64,000 nucleotides of DNA from Diadema antillarum (taxonomy: Eukaryota). The translations under genes and the position numbers were made by a program. The stretch spans positions 2,418,001 to 2,482,000 of the forward strand of contig NW_027271431.1 in the NCBI RefSeq assembly GCF_040938485.1, written 5' to 3'. Positions 23,341 to 37,960 of this stretch are shown here, one piece after another. How positions within the stretch are numbered: position 1 is the stretch's first letter; each line of letters opens with the position of its first letter. Below the pieces are notes generated by a model that did no database searches, was not told the DNA's origin, and saw only the letters and a list, made by a program, of their open reading frames with translations.

Positions 23341-26300
23341 ATGTCTGAGAAATCTGAAATACGTTGGGTACCTTTGGAGTCCAATCCTCAGGTAAGTGAA
23401 GAGTAACGAATCAGTGTCATCCGATCAGGGAGGAGGTGCATCTAGTACTGAGTAGTAGGTGGGGTTACGTGGGACTCCGTAACGAATGCACTCTTTGCCT
23501 TGGCCTCGCCTCGGCCTCCTTATCTAGCCAGATCGTGATGCTGGAACATTTCATGCGCTCTGCATCTAAATCACATCACCTGCTCGCACAGACGGTACGA
23601 GAACACACCTCAGGCTCCATATCCAACACGCAACAGCCCAGCCTGAAACAGCTCGTGTATCATTTAAAACCGAATAAAAGCAGCTGTTGAAGATGTAAAT
23701 TATACCGGTAGATTATTTCTACTTCTAGACCTCTCTAAATTTATATTGTATCATCATTCATTCCTAGTAAACATTACATTGAAAACTGTTGTAAACATTC
23801 GGGCCTAACCAGTTAGAGTAGTTTTTCTAGTAAATTTATTAGTAGTAAATAGGTAGGCCCTAAATGATTCAGTTTTCTTTATCAAAATGTCATCACTCAC
23901 TCAGCTGCAGTCGTGAAGATAACTTATCTTCAATATGATCTAAAGTTAGATATTCTAATTACTTTTTTTTTTTTGTAATCCATCTAATGTTACTATGGCT
24001 ATGCCCACCGATCCGAGTGTCTTCAGCGAGTGCTATTATTCAAAGACCCCGATGGCCTACAGCACGACAGTAGTAGTGCCGAATTGATTTGGAGACTCAG
24101 ATTTGTTGTTCAAATGATCAAGTCCAACCTTTTCTCTTGGGTAATTGTGGTGATCACTTCTAACAGTTAGATTTTGCAAGACTACTCAAGCATTTATATA
24201 ATAATGCAAGGAACACAATTGGTCCTTTATGAATTCATGTCAGAGAGGTAAAGATATTTAAAGATTGTTTCCAAGTCAACTGAGACTTCAGTGGTGATGC
24301 TTTTTAATCACCGCATTATATACATTATATATGCATAGACGTATAGGCCGTAAAAATGCTGATATATTTTTCGACTATTAAATGACAATTTTGATGACTT
24401 TCTAACTGTGCCAAATTTGATGAACCCTCGTCATCGTTATGACGTTATTTTTATTATTTTTTTTTTTTTTTGATTGAGCGAGGTTGAACATAATGTGGAA
24501 TAGTATTTCAGGTTAGTGGTTCATCTTGTTTTCAACATAAAATACCTGCAATATTTCATATTGAAAACAAAATGAAGAATGTGTGTGTCATTTTTTTGAA
24601 TACATGAAATGATTGAATTAATGATAAATTTTCTCTTTTCCTTCTTTTCACTTGACAGGTTATGTCCAAGGTAAGTCCTCATCTTTACTTGTTTGTCTTT
24701 GCATTTAGAAATATCAATGGTGGGTGAGGGTTTTTTTTTCTGTTTTCCCACGAAAATAAAGACAACAAGAACTGAGCCTATTACAAGAGGTGGGTTTCAA
24801 TACCACACATTTCTATATGAGGGATACAGGATCTATGACTGAAATACACAGAGCTGAACACTGTAAACAGCATGGACAGCCAACTTTGCAAGGATAAGAG
24901 AATTGTGTTTCTACTTGTATGTTCCTTGTTTAAGCGTTACTATATGATCTATCAATCACTTCAACAGTCATTCCCTTTTCCCAGTTTTTATTTTTAATTC
25001 TTTTATTGTGCATTTAAAGGGAAGGTGCAACATTTAAAATGTAACAAGTGAAACAAAAGCAACAAATCTTAGATAGAAATTGATTGGCATATTAAAAATA
25101 ATTGATGTTAAATTCAAAGCAAACTTAAATGTACGAGACAGATCATCTCAGCGCTTGATGACACATTTGTTGATAATGTTTTTCATCTGTTTTGCTATTT
25201 TGTCAAAATTGTGTCCTACCATGAATGGTTATGTGTAGTGTAATAGAATGTTTTGATTTTATCTGTTTTTATTTTCTTCCTTTCACCACATATATTTTAC
25301 TGTTGCAAACTTATATGAATCAGAGGTACTGCACGCTACTCTTCCTATTTTCTTATTTCATGCACCATTTACTTTATCCTGTACTCTTTCTCTTTTACTT
25401 ATGAGTCAGGTAAAGTAATGTACAGTGTAAAACCCTTTTGCCCAATTGACACGCACTTTTTCCACAAACTGTAGGGAAAGATTACAGGGTTATTGTAAAA
25501 GTTGAAAGTTATTGGTTATTTTGCACAACATTGATTAGTGCGAAAATGAGACCTATGAGCTAATTTTTGGCTTGTTATACATCTGTATACAATGATATTG
25601 TACATCTTTGATTGCAAGGTAGGTACATTGACGTGGTATAGTTGCTGTGTTTCTATTTGTAGTCTTCATACTTGCTAGTCCCGCAGCTTGAGTGAATTTG
25701 CTGACTTGATGCAGATCAGTTGCAACCTGTACCTTTGATGATGCCAAGCTCTTAGCTGCGTTGGCAACAGTGAGCTCTTTGAAGTGCTAGCGCATTATGA
25801 CACTCTGTGAAATTTGAAACATGCAAATTTGTTTTATAAATTCAGTTGAGTGTGCAAAAGTAGTATTCACGTGAAAATTTTTGCTTTTACAGTAGTTTCC
25901 TGTGAAGATCTGTTTGTTTTATCATTATTATTGTTATTGTTATTGTTTTTATTATTATTCTTCATTGTTCTCATCATTAATAATATGATTATTTCTTCGC
26001 ATTGTTTTTTTTTTCAGTATATGTACAAGCTTGGGATGTCTGACAAGTGGCAATTCACTGATGTCATTGGGCTGGATGATGATCTCTTGATGATGGTGCC
26101 ACAGCCTGTGGTAGCACTTGTGCTCCTCTTTCCTTACAGTGACAAGGTACGACCTTGTAATGTATACATGGATACTCAGTTACTTGCTGTTATCATATAT
26201 CATATGATTTTGTCCAATATTGCACTGTAAGATATTAAACCTATGTCATGGCACATCATGTCGTTAAGACTATCCTTGTATGTTCTCTAAGTAGATACTG

Positions 26301-26384
26301 AAGAGTGCTGTATATAGGCAGAAAGCTTGATATTAAAGGGAGCCTTTCAGAGCAACATCCTTCTCAGTCACAATTACAATGTAC

Positions 26385-26423
<39 letters not shown>

Positions 26424-29400
26424 AATCACAAACAACAGTCTTGCCAAATAGTACAGTGGACTCCTGTTACAACGAAGTCCTTAGGGACCGGCAATTTTCT
26501 TTCATTATATCGAAGTTTTGTAAACAATAAAAATACATATAGTCAGGGCTGCACACTAACCCATTTTTTCTACTGGTCCGACCTGCAGCTTGCCGACCCA
26601 TTTCTCGGACCAGTAGGTACCCAGTTTTTGTATTTTTTACTGGTCCATTCCTGAAAATACTACTGGTCTGATCGTGATTTTCACTGGTCAGGGACCGTCG
26701 GACCAGTGCCAGTGTGCAACGTTGATATAATGGATAATGTTGCAGTTTGAATTTTTACTTCGTTGTAACTGGAATTTTATTATAACTGTGTTTGTTATAA
26801 CAGGAGTGGACTGCACTCAATAAATATCAAGTATAAAAAGAGTTATGTTATTGCCCATCATTAAGAAGTATATCCATTTCCTGCTGGGCAAAGCCAGTGT
26901 ACCGTGCATTTTAAATTCCCTTTCATTCATTTCTTTATTTCCATTGCCAATGGGGGCCACTTGTTTTCCTTTGAAAATTTCATTATCATCCATTCTATCA
27001 ATAATATCAAATGGTTTTAAAAAGTTTTACCTTCCTCCAGTGTACTGTATTTCAACACCTCCATAAAAGGATTGCTAATTTGAATTTTGCATCTGGGGTA
27101 AAGCAAAACCTTGACTGCACAATTTCCAAAGATGACTAACTTTCCACAATCAAAATACAAATGTTAAAAGGTCTTAAACTACATCATTGATCTTTTTTCT
27201 TTAGTCATTGTTATCATCATATTTTTATTTGATATAGATTATGGTAATGATGATGAAGATGATGATGATGTGGATTTTTATTTCCTTACACCGTTATCAT
27301 CACTGTCCACTCCAGACCAAGGCATTTACAGAGACAGAAGAGAAAAAAATTCTGGAGGATGGGCAGACTGTGAGTGATGAACTGTACTACATGAAACAAA
27401 CAATTAGCAATGCCTGTGGGACCATTGGAGTACTACATGCTGTCCTCAACAATTCACCAACTGTGTCACTAGGTAAGTGTTCAGCATGAAAGGACATTGA
27501 CACCTGTAGAGATTTGCCTTCAAATATTTATTTCTATCTTGATGCTAACATGCTAGTCCATGTTGCTATCTGTCTATACTGTATAAGCCATTTCCATCAG
27601 TTACAGTTCATTCTTCTCTGATGAAAATCTTTCTTTTTGATCCTTCACCAGTGCTGCTTCCTGGCAGTGACATGATTTTCTTTCGAACATTGCTTCAAAA
27701 AGAACATCCACTTAAGCTCTTCTTCCTGATATACCTCTCTTACCCCTATATCCAATTCAGATTCATCTTTATTGGTCTATGATAGGACATAGAAATTTTG
27801 TTGCCATTGACATTTTTACAATGGTAGCACAAAAACAAATTGAGTCACAGTTACACATTTCCATGATTGTCACAATAGACACAATAAGATATCTTGTGTA
27901 TAAATCAACTAGAAATGTTGCTATTGTGACTAGAAGTATACCTCAGCTATATTACATTATTCAGATAATACTCCCAGTAACAATTTTCTTTTCAGCATAG
28001 CTTGTCATCAGTGACTGTTCCCAAGTGCATGTCCCTTGTAGATCTCATGCCTGCAATGCTTGTGATCTGAATTCACATCACAGAGAGTACTCTTAAGGAG
28101 TTCCTCGACGAGACCAAAGCCATGACGCCAGAGGAGCGGGGTAAGAAGCTGGAGTCCAGTGAAACCATCAGCCAGGCCCATGAAGTAAGCGCACAGGAGG
28201 GACAAACCGAGGTGAGTGGAGATTGAGATCAGTGTACATGTACAGTACTGGTTGCTTGTGTGTATATTAGTGGATCTTGGATGTTGGCGTCTTAGTATGT
28301 ATTCTTTATACCATGAAGTAAACTTATTATTTTTCAGTTTTATCAAATAATTATGAACATATGTATGTGTGTATATGACTATTATGTATTTTTTTCATCA
28401 AATAATAACATTCCATATTTTATTGTATACACAAGTAACTCTGCAATTCAGCCTCTTGGCTGCCATGGCAGTATTGTGAATAAACCAGATTGAATTGAAT
28501 TGAATAGTTTGTTCGTGTGTTTGTGTGTGCATGTATGTGGCTGTCTATCAGTCAGTCTGTCTATGTTTTTGTATTTGTTTTGTTTAGCATGTATGTGTGT
28601 GTGTGTGTAAGTATGGAGATATGTGTGTATAGATTAATTTTCATCCTTTTCACAATTTTACTGTGTTTTAAACCAAAAGAAAAGAAAAAGAAAAACAAGA
28701 AGAAAAAGAATTGCTCATGACTTCCTCTGAGCACACCGGTTTTCTGTATTTTACAGGCTCCTCAGGCGGATGAGGATGTGTGTCCACATTTCATCGCACT
28801 GGTAGAGAAGGAAGGCTGCGTGTATGAGCTAGATGGCCGCAAGAAGTTCCCCATCAATCACGGACCAGTGGAGGAAAGCTTTCTCAAGGTCAGCCTTTGG
28901 TCTGTGGATTTTCTTTCAAGGCCCTTGATAGCATTATGGCTAGAGCATAATTCCATACAATACGAAGTTTGACCTGTGCCCCATTTATACTGCAGCCCAA
29001 AATTTGGAGCCTCCTCGAACTGTTTAGAAAACCCTTTTGAAAAACAAATTTCTTGTCCATTTTTACTCCACCTAAAACAGGCCCTAACTGGCTCTGTTCT
29101 TATGGTAACCAAATTCCCCTCCAATAAGTGGTGCATGCTTTTGAATGCCATGTGTTATGTAACCACAATGTAATCGAGCACAAAAATATATGAGTTGTGC
29201 AGTGTTATTATCAATGGCGCTTTTTTGTTTGTGTTAAAGGGTAATGACCTTCGGTGATTGACTTCCAGACATCGAAAAAGCCACTTCTTGAAACTCGTAG
29301 TGTTTTATACTTCAGCCAAGGCTCTTCAAAGCTGCTACAGGAGGCTGTGAAATCACCTCCTGTAGGTTGTTTCAAACTGTGATCAGATCGGATCTCCTTT

Positions 29401-31173
29401 TCCATATTCTGTCTGTTTATATTGAGCTAAAAGGCTGTTTGAGGAGGCTTCAGAACCTGATTTTTGCTGAGTATAGATGAGTATACTGAACACGATGATG
29501 AATGCATGATCATTTGAAAATGATGAACACAATGGTAAAAGTTTTCATCAAACATGGATGTAGAACTGGAAAGTTTAAATGTTTCTCATCCTTGCACCGA
29601 GTAGTGATATTTCCCACAACCACACACACAAATTACAAAGAGGTGGCGATGTCATCACCGTATAATTCTCAAATTAGTTTATCCCCAGAATTTAGCAGCT
29701 TAAACCCATGTCCCCTCAAAAGTCATCATTACCTGGTTATTACCAAGCAGCAATAGCAAATGCAAAGAATACATCTTTTTCATACCGATTTCATACTAAA
29801 AAGAAAATGAAATCCATTGTAGATTTTCTGAACAGGCCAGTTGGAAACTTTTGAGGTGATATCATTTCCTTCAGTTTATACATCTTGGGTAAAAAATGTG
29901 AGAAACATTCAGATTTAATGACTTTCTCCTTTTCCGTGAAAACCGAGCATATGCTATGCAAACGCCTTCAAAAATCATTTTCTGTTTCATGTTTTATGAA
30001 GGTTTGCATGATGAAGTAAATGAGGAATAGAGTTTGCGATAACACCATGTGCATGTGTACATAACCTTGCAGGGACTATTGCTTTGCAGAAAAAGAGCCT
30101 AGAGAGAGGAAAGTGTGGGAGGGAAGTGACATAGGGAGAGCATAAGGAAGGCAAATAGTGACAGTTTAGGGGCAGCCGTGAACTGGAAGTTGAAATTGCA
30201 CAATTGGAGACAGGAGCATAGAGGACAGAGAGAGTTGTAAGGAAGAATCATGTAAAAGTGGTTATTTTCGCATGAGCTATTTTTCGTGCTCGGCTGGGTG
30301 AGATGAATTTTACGTGTTTTTAATTCCGCAGAACCATGACATTTATTAGTTGAACATATCACATGCAAAAATATTCTGGTGTTTTTATTTTTTGTGCTGG
30401 TTTCTGGTCGCGCGAAATATACAAAAATTTCCACTTTTACAGTAGAGTGAAAATCAGGTAAAGGATTTGGAAATCTTTGGGAGGAAAAAGATGAAACAGA
30501 CGGGAGGGGGAAAGGAAGAAGTTGAAGTTGAAGTTCTTTTCTTTCTCTTACACTATAGTCTTATCTCTCCTCGACTTACCTCTTTCCTTCCTCCTGTATA
30601 TCTTCCTTTTGATGTTTTTGATTCCACGTTCAATAGTCTGCATCACTCACCGACTTAGTTTATCTCATTTCGTGAAGCATCTGTTGAAACATCACATATA
30701 TTTCACTTCTCTCTTATCTCCACAATTCTCATGTGTCATTCTCTGAATCTATATCAAACATTTGTTTGCTTGTGTTTGTGCAGAGTACTAGATTCCCTCT
30801 ACATAACATTTTGCAGGTGGATGAGTTCGTCTGCTCTAATCTTAACCCGTTGAGGACGGAATGATTTTGCTACAACATGCATTTCCCATAGACCCCTGCC
30901 CGAGTATACTCGGGACTCGTCCTCAACGGGTTAAGTGGCTGCTGTGAGCCTGTGAAGGAAGGTCATCTCTGTAAATCCCAATCTTGTGGTTTTTCCTTGA
31001 GTGGCCTTTCCATACAAATTTAGCAACAGTGATATCATAATGTGTCTACTTTACATTTCCTTGTCCTCTTTTTTTCTCACCACCAGTCAGCTGCAAACGT
31101 GTGCAAGAAGTTCATGGCCCGTGACCCGTCTGAACTACGCTTCACTGTGCTGGCTCTGGCAAAGAATGATTAA
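23341..31173 (+). CDS. UCHL3: Ubiquitin C-terminal hydrolase, UCHL3/UCHL1 family, 231 aa; exons 23341-23391, 24659-24670, 26018-26146, 27316-27472, 28084-28211, 28757-28888, 31087-31173
   Basis: All junctions are GT-AG and phase-consistent (51+12+129+157+128+132+87 = 696 nt). [10 protein letters not shown]; [12 protein letters not shown] (oxyanion Gln, catalytic Cys); HFIAL (His); YELDGRK (Asp); C-terminal RFTVLALA. Confidence 0.95.
24659..24670 (+). CDS. UCHL3: 12-nt microexon (VMSK), exon 2 of the UCH gene
   Basis: ttttcacttgacag|GTTATGTCCAAG|gtaagt; fills the gap between ESNPQ and YMYKLG. Confidence 0.9.
26454..26813. mobile_element. Tc1/mariner (Tigger-like) MITE containing a nested element
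   Basis: TA|CAGTGGACTCCTGTTACAAC at the left; GTTATAACAGGAGTGGACTG|CA at the right. Confidence 0.7.
26544..26724. mobile_element. hAT-like MITE nested in the Tc1/mariner MITE
   Basis: Termini CAGGGCTGCACACT / AGTGTGCAACGTTG; repeated internal ACTGGTC/GACCAGT motifs; imperfect flanks atatagt / atataat. Confidence 0.55.
30249..30442. mobile_element. TA-flanked MITE with TGTAAAAGTGG / CCACTTTTACAG termini
   Basis: Inverted termini, TA at 30443-30444; related left ends near 46466 and 56167. Confidence 0.55.
30846..30930. mobile_element. 85-bp piggyBac-like MITE
   Basis: TTAA at 30842-30845 and 30931-30934; perfect 13-bp TIR CCCGTTGAGGACG; internal palindrome CCCGAGTATACTCGGG at 30899-30914. 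Confidence 0.9.
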
Positions 31174-34100
31174 ACTCCTGGCACCACCCAACCCCCCTGT
31201 TCTGCATGCTCAATTCTACCAGTCTTTACACTTTAAAAGACCCCACCCACATATGGAAGGTCGTCAGGTCATGGGGGTCAGGTGGTTTGCTGACTCTCCT
31301 AGCAGTGGACAAGTTAGCGTAAATATCTGCTGTTACAGTCAGTGTCGCAGTGTATAATTGGTCACACAAAGTATTTAAACTTAGTTTCTTAGGGCTGATG
31401 TTATGTCCTCACTCAGCTGATTATATCATTCCTGATGTGTGAGCAAACACTAAAATTGTGTAGATTACGGATACATATTGCAGCTTCAGTTATGATTAAA
31501 AATTTCTGTCAGTCTGCTCTGCACAGCACAGAAGAACTGCAATATCTCTCGTCCAGTTTACTCCGTTGAATTGTAACATTGTGGCAGATATTTCCAAACA
31601 TGAAAAAAAAAAACTAGAATAAAATTGCAGAATGGATGCATTTGTGTCTGTACATATGCATAGGTAATGCATTGAAGCTGCAATAAAACAAGAAACCTGT
31701 CAAAATTTTGGCCTGTCATTAACAAACGATCTTGAGGGAAAAAAATTTGGCATCCGAGGAAAAAAACAAAAACAAGGAAAGACAATTTTATGCAATTCTA
31801 TCTATTTGGACCGTGTTCGAATCTTGGTGCATGTGTTTGCAGGGGGTAAGAGCAGTAAGTTTCAGCAGTAGAAAATGCTGTCTATTACTCAGCAACTGTT
31901 GTCCATGTTAGTGTGTGCTTACTCTTGATTGCCTTCCTAAAGTTTATTCATGTCTTTTAAGATGGCATGTTAAACAGATGGCTCATTTCCTGTCTCTCGG
32001 AAAGACGATGCGTAGGTGCATCATTGTGTTTGGATCTGTGTGAATCGCAGCAGCTCTGTTGTTATGATCCTTGGTGGTTTAAAGAAGGACAGCAAGAGTT
32101 GATTTGTGGGAGAATTCCAACATTGTTTGTTTGTTTGTCTGTCTGTTTGTTTTTTGTTTGTTTGTTTGTTTGACGGCCAGTATGGTCTGTGATAGCTTGG
32201 CAGCAGAACATTGTGATTGACAATCTTTTTTTTTTTTTTCAGTACAGTGGAAACTGATTTTACATTTTCCCTTGGCTACTGATATTTGCTGTGGGGTAAC
32301 CCAAACAAAAGCCCAACTGCACAACTTGGCAACCATAATCGATGCTACAGTCCGATATGGTCCAAAGGAAATTGTTGGAAGGAATCAAGACATCACAATG
32401 AAGTCTATGCAAAATGTCAAGCCCATCAGTTGTGGCAAAGAACTGCTTGTAGAACAGCCATTTAGCATAGTACCCACAAAACAGCATGTTCAGGCCCTTT
32501 TTTGACATACAATTGTATTCTAAAATGACTACGCTCTATATTTTTGTTTTTGTTTTTTGTCCCATCACCATTTAGGTGCATACGAAAAACAAATATCCAT
32601 CACCCAGTGATTATTTTAGAATTTTAGAAGCTTTTTTCTTGCAGTTGTTTAGAGGAAATGGCCATCATTCCAAAAGAAGACAAAATAGATGTTGCCCATA
32701 TCTAGCTGATAGATGGTATGATGAGTTCATGATAATTTGTTTTTGTTTTTCCGTTTCAGACAAGCATATGCCTAATTATTCTCTGATATGTTGTGTCAGA
32801 TCAGAGTTATGTTGTCACTTTTTTAAGTATGTGTTGAAATATGAAATATTTTTATATTTATGTCTCATATTGGATTTGTGGACTACATGTTCATGGAAAA
32901 GGTATGTTGAATATTTTTGTTCAAAAACAATGTCTGTCTTGTCTGAATACCCTGTACTTTAATGTTTTTGTGCACAATGCTCTAAGCAGGTGGCCTAAGC
33001 AAGCGGTCTACAGCAGCAAAAAATCAAATTAGTGGCTGGTATCAATATTTTGTCTCGACAGGTGCATTTGTGTCACATATTCATGAAAATAGATGTACTG
33101 GAAAATTTAGTGGATGTTGTCAGGCATGACTGAAAAACCTTATCCTTTACCTGTAAACTGCTGCCATGCTTGCTGAGGTTGGGAAGACATCCAGAGGTTG
33201 CAGTAATATTGTCTCCCCAAACAGTAGCCATTTTGCACATAATGTAATCTTGGCATAGGGGCCCTTTCCTCCAGTAGGCAACCTGCTGTCGTGTCAAAAT
33301 CATCCTATTAAAAGTACACTCTGTTTCATTATTTGCCAGAACCTTGTCATCCTAAAGAAGAGATTTGTACGTTGCAAATTGCTATGCTATCAAGACCTTA
33401 TCATCATGAATCAAATTTACAGATATACATTTGTACATTTGGTATAAAGAATAGAAAGTATACTATACAGATGACTAATTTAACTTAGTACATTACATGA
33501 TGACCTGTTTTTTCTGTAATAAGAGATTTGAAAGGAAAAACAAAAAAGTGACCTAAACCTTGTGGATAGAGTGATATGCTGCAGGACTTGAGTTTTTATT
33601 TTCAATTTACATTATGATTTTGTATTGCAATCAATAACTAACTCTATGTAGGAGTTAGTGAAGTCATACTTGCTATATTGAGAGACTTCATGATATATCA
33701 GTTACATCTTCAAATAATCATTGTCCAAAATATCAGCAGTTAGTTAAACATTTTGAAGAAGAAAAAAAAATGTAATGCCCTATTTAATGTTCATGTGATT
33801 ATTGTCAAATCTTGTTGACATGTCAGATACGATGAGTGATATCTTTAGTGAATTTGGTAAAGCAGAAAATATGGAGCAATTGTTCTTCAGTGGTTAGGTC
33901 AACATGGAGTCACAAGTTTGATAAAGATGCAAGCAATGCACTTGTCAGAATACTGTGGTCTTTGTTCTCAGCAGCACAGTGACACAAATCTTTGTGAATG
34001 GTGAGCTGAAAAACTGGAGCTTGCTCAGTGCAGCTCATACTTCTGTCTCGAGCCCTGCGCAGTATACATGTATATCTAAGCATAGAGCAGTCGTTGCAGC

Positions 34101-37100
34101 TAGCAAAGGGTGCTAGATAAAGTGTTAGATGTGTATTACATGTACTACAAAGCAGAAAATATACTGAGTGCAAAATGAAAGGAACAATGTCAGTCACAGT
34201 AATCTTGCACTGATGTATAATCAACTGCACATATACACAGTAAGACCTGGGACTATTGCTGTTTCAAGTATACATACACTGTATTGGTCACTTGCGTGAA
34301 TCTGTGCCGATGTCATACAAACTGCCTACAATATTACATGATCATTGTCAACAATATAACAAAATATATAATGTATGTGCATACATCTGGCAAGCTTAAA
34401 GAAACTTACTATATCCCAAAACATGTGTATTGAATGTGAAGCATGTATTGATCTCGTACAGTGCAAATAGGTGTCAAGTTAAGATGGCATTAAATGCAAC
34501 TAATGGATTGTGCAAGACAGTTGCTGTCCAAAATTGTGCTTTATTCAATTGTGCAAATGAAATTCGTCCGGACGGTGACTGAAATGTACTGGAAGATTGA
34601 CAAAGTGTCGGTGTGTTTGGAGATGGATTTAATAGTACAGTAAATCTCAAATGCAGAACATACATGATACATTAATGAATTTGTGAAAATGAGAACCTCG
34701 CCAAATATTCAGCATAAACAGTAGTCTATACACTGTACAGCATGTTCAGTGCAGTAGCCAGTAGTGACTGCATACTGCACTGCAGAGTTGCAGAGCATGC
34801 AAATCAGAAACACATACATATATATATATACATACACACGCACACACATACACCCAAATGTTCACATACACAGGAGACAAGCACACAAACACACACACAC
34901 ACAGACACGTGCACACACTACATAGCTCACACAAATGTACCAATAAGTAGACTAATTGCACACATTGCAGTGTTTTGGACACATTGCTTACAGCCATTAT
35001 TCATTTGCTGCCACTGCCATATACCCCCACAGCCCCACTGCTGGTAATGCGCTTAATTGAATACCCACTTCTTTGATGTGTCCTTTCATGTGGCGCGATA
35101 ACAATCTTTGCACGGCACATATTGCATACATCAAAGCTAAGTCCCCAAACCCGATATTTAATATGCACCAATGCACACATACAATGTAGTACTGTACAAC
35201 TGCAGAGCTGCTGGCAGCGGTACAGCTTTTATTGGCTAAAGATTGGGTTTATGCACTACGCCATAATGCCAATACCATCCATTAGTGAATTGCAGATACA
35301 TGTAAAGCACAAGTACATTTGTACTTCAATTTTAGGGAAGCAGGTTTGCAATCATGATTCCACCTCTTACAAAGATAATCAGTCGCTAAAATGTTGCTTC
35401 AGTACAGATATTCACATGATACCAGTGTTCAATTTTCTGTCCCGTATCTTATCATTTATTCTCTACACACAGAGCACTACCGGTAATTGTAATGGCCACA
35501 AGTGCACTACAATTGTTAAAGTTTACAGCACAGTATCATACTGGTGAAGTTAGCTGATTGACGATGAAAATGAAATACATATGTACATGTATATTGCTAG
35601 GTACTTCTCAGTGCGAGAGAAAAACAAAAACAAAAGGTCAGCAGTCTTATACAATGTTTCTCGGTTGGCTTGGCTTTCATGGTACAAATGCACTGTATGT
35701 ATACATTAACTGGGTGTGCCAGAGATGAGCGAGGAAAAAAAAAAGACAAGACAATTAGAGCATACAAAATTGTAGACATGAAAGGTTGAGATCAAAAGTC
35801 ACTGAACTTTGGCTAGAAGTGTTATTTTTTGGATTGTTAGTATGTACTATAGTTTGCAAAGTCTAGCAGGATTGCAATTTAAGAAGATTTTTACAAAAAT
35901 TTAATCTATTTTTCATGGTGCAAATGGGGTTAACATCTATCCTCTTTTCAAATGAAGCTGTAAATTGATGACCCTCAACCATCACTATTCACTACGTATT
36001 GTGAAGTTTGCACAGGGTTAGGACTGAAATAAAGATAAACACCACACAGGTGGCCAATTTTAATCAACATCAAACAACTTTCAGCGGGCTTTCTTGTGAC
36101 TACATGTACATGTACTGTGTATTGGGCAATAGACAGGCATACAATATTGCATTCCACACAAGTATAACGCAGTCAATATTTAATTACCAGTTGCACATAG
36201 TAATGCTGTGTGAGAAGATGCAAAAGGGTAATTACATCAGCCTGTCGGCTTATGGATGGCCTCGGATGTGAAAAGAATAATTATTAGATACACAACTTGA
36301 AAACCTGCCGGTACCAATTGACACCATACAGTGATATCTGAAATCATGTCTCATAGTAGGTTATTGCTGATGTGTTTTGTTTTTGTTTTTAATAGTTTTG
36401 TTTGTTTGTTTATTTGTATGGGGGGGGGGGGGGTTGCATAACAATGACCATTACTTACACTCTACAGTGGTTTGTCATTAACCATGCAGTACTGGTGAAC
36501 ATCAGCTAGCACTTAATGAATCATGCACACAGTCAATGCTAATAGGAAGAGTAAGTGAAAGGTTTTTACCACAACATCCGAGTCATACAGTGTAATTTCC
36601 ACCAAACTGGCCCAAACTTGACCATATTAAATGGCACGAAATACAAGGGTCTCTTCATGTAAATTGTCCTATGGACAGGAAAAATGTTGATTTTCTATAT
36701 CAGGTCTTTGTTATTAATTAGTTCATTAATTTTGTAATCTAAGAACAATATAAAAAGAGGAACCCTTTTTGATTCAAACAAATAAAGGTGAGTGTTATAG
36801 GGAAGTGTGTTTTATCAAGCTGCTTGGGACCACTGAAATTACAGTACGGTACTTTGTTATGTTAGGGATAGAAACAAAAGTATGAAAAATTACCTTGTTA
36901 TATCGTATATCTCGTTATTTCTGAACTCTTTGTAACGAGGTTCAACTGTATTTCATCACAATCTTTATTCAGAGTTCCCACCGCATGTTCAAATAACACA
37001 CATTACATACTATATAATATTTGAACACTTGCATAAGATCACTGATACAATTATGGTTCACAGAAGATAAAACATACTGCATGTCATTGCATCCACTTAT

Positions 37101-37699
37101 CCTGTAAGCTTGAATTGCCATGAATGTTGTTTGTTGCCTTTACATCAGCTGTAATATTGATTAAAGGATAAGTGCACCTACACACTGTAAATACATAAGT
37201 GGATTGAGTGAATGCAGCAATATTAGTAGAACACCTCTCAATCAAAATTCTTAGGTCTCCTCTGAAGGTTTATAGCAACAATTATGTAGGACCTACCGAG
37301 TAAGTTACTTAACACATTCTCACATAATAAAACACACTTGTAACATGTTCAGGCAAAATACAAAATCAAAATACTTGTCAGCACAAATATATATGTATGA
37401 CAAGGCTATACTCCATAATACAAACAAAATTTTACTTAAATTAGTCATACATGTATTGTACTTGTATATCTTCATGAAGATAATTAGGCCAACTATGAAT
37501 AATACAACAGAATTGCTTTATCCAACAGATATGTACACTTTATATTAAAACAGGCAAGGATTTCTGCAGACTGGGCAAGAGAAAATGGCAGAAAGGATGA
37601 TGCTGCACCATTCTCTGTGATTCTTTAATCACTTTCTGCAAAAAAAAAAGGTACCAGGTACTGAACACAAGATGATAAACACAAGGATGCTCATAATGA

Positions 37700-37761
37700 T
37701 AAAAGCCATCATAATCATATTCAATGATGATAATAGAGATAATGATGATGACGACGATGAA

Positions 37762-37809
<48 letters not shown>

Positions 37810-37960
37810 TACCATTAGTATCATTATTATTATTACTACTACTACTTACCAGGTAATTTTTTTATCATTATTATTACTAATATTATTATTATTATAATTA
37901 TTATCACTTATATCATTATTATTACTAATATTATTATTATTATAATTATCATCATCTATA
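37700..37960. repeat. (AAT/ATT/GAT)n low-complexity tract
   Basis: Seen directly; pure (AAT)n at about 37762-37808. Confidence 0.9.

Noticed and set aside
28008-28346. 112-aa minus-strand ORF
   Set aside because: Antisense shadow of UCH exon 5.
32272-32505. 77-aa ORF after a T-rich acceptor-like site
   Set aside because: No donor, no motif and no partner exons; probably UCH 3' UTR or intergenic.
37540-37824. Poly-Ile and other low-complexity ORFs (also near 10225, 20012-20342, 25850, 49414)
   Set aside because: Translations of microsatellites.
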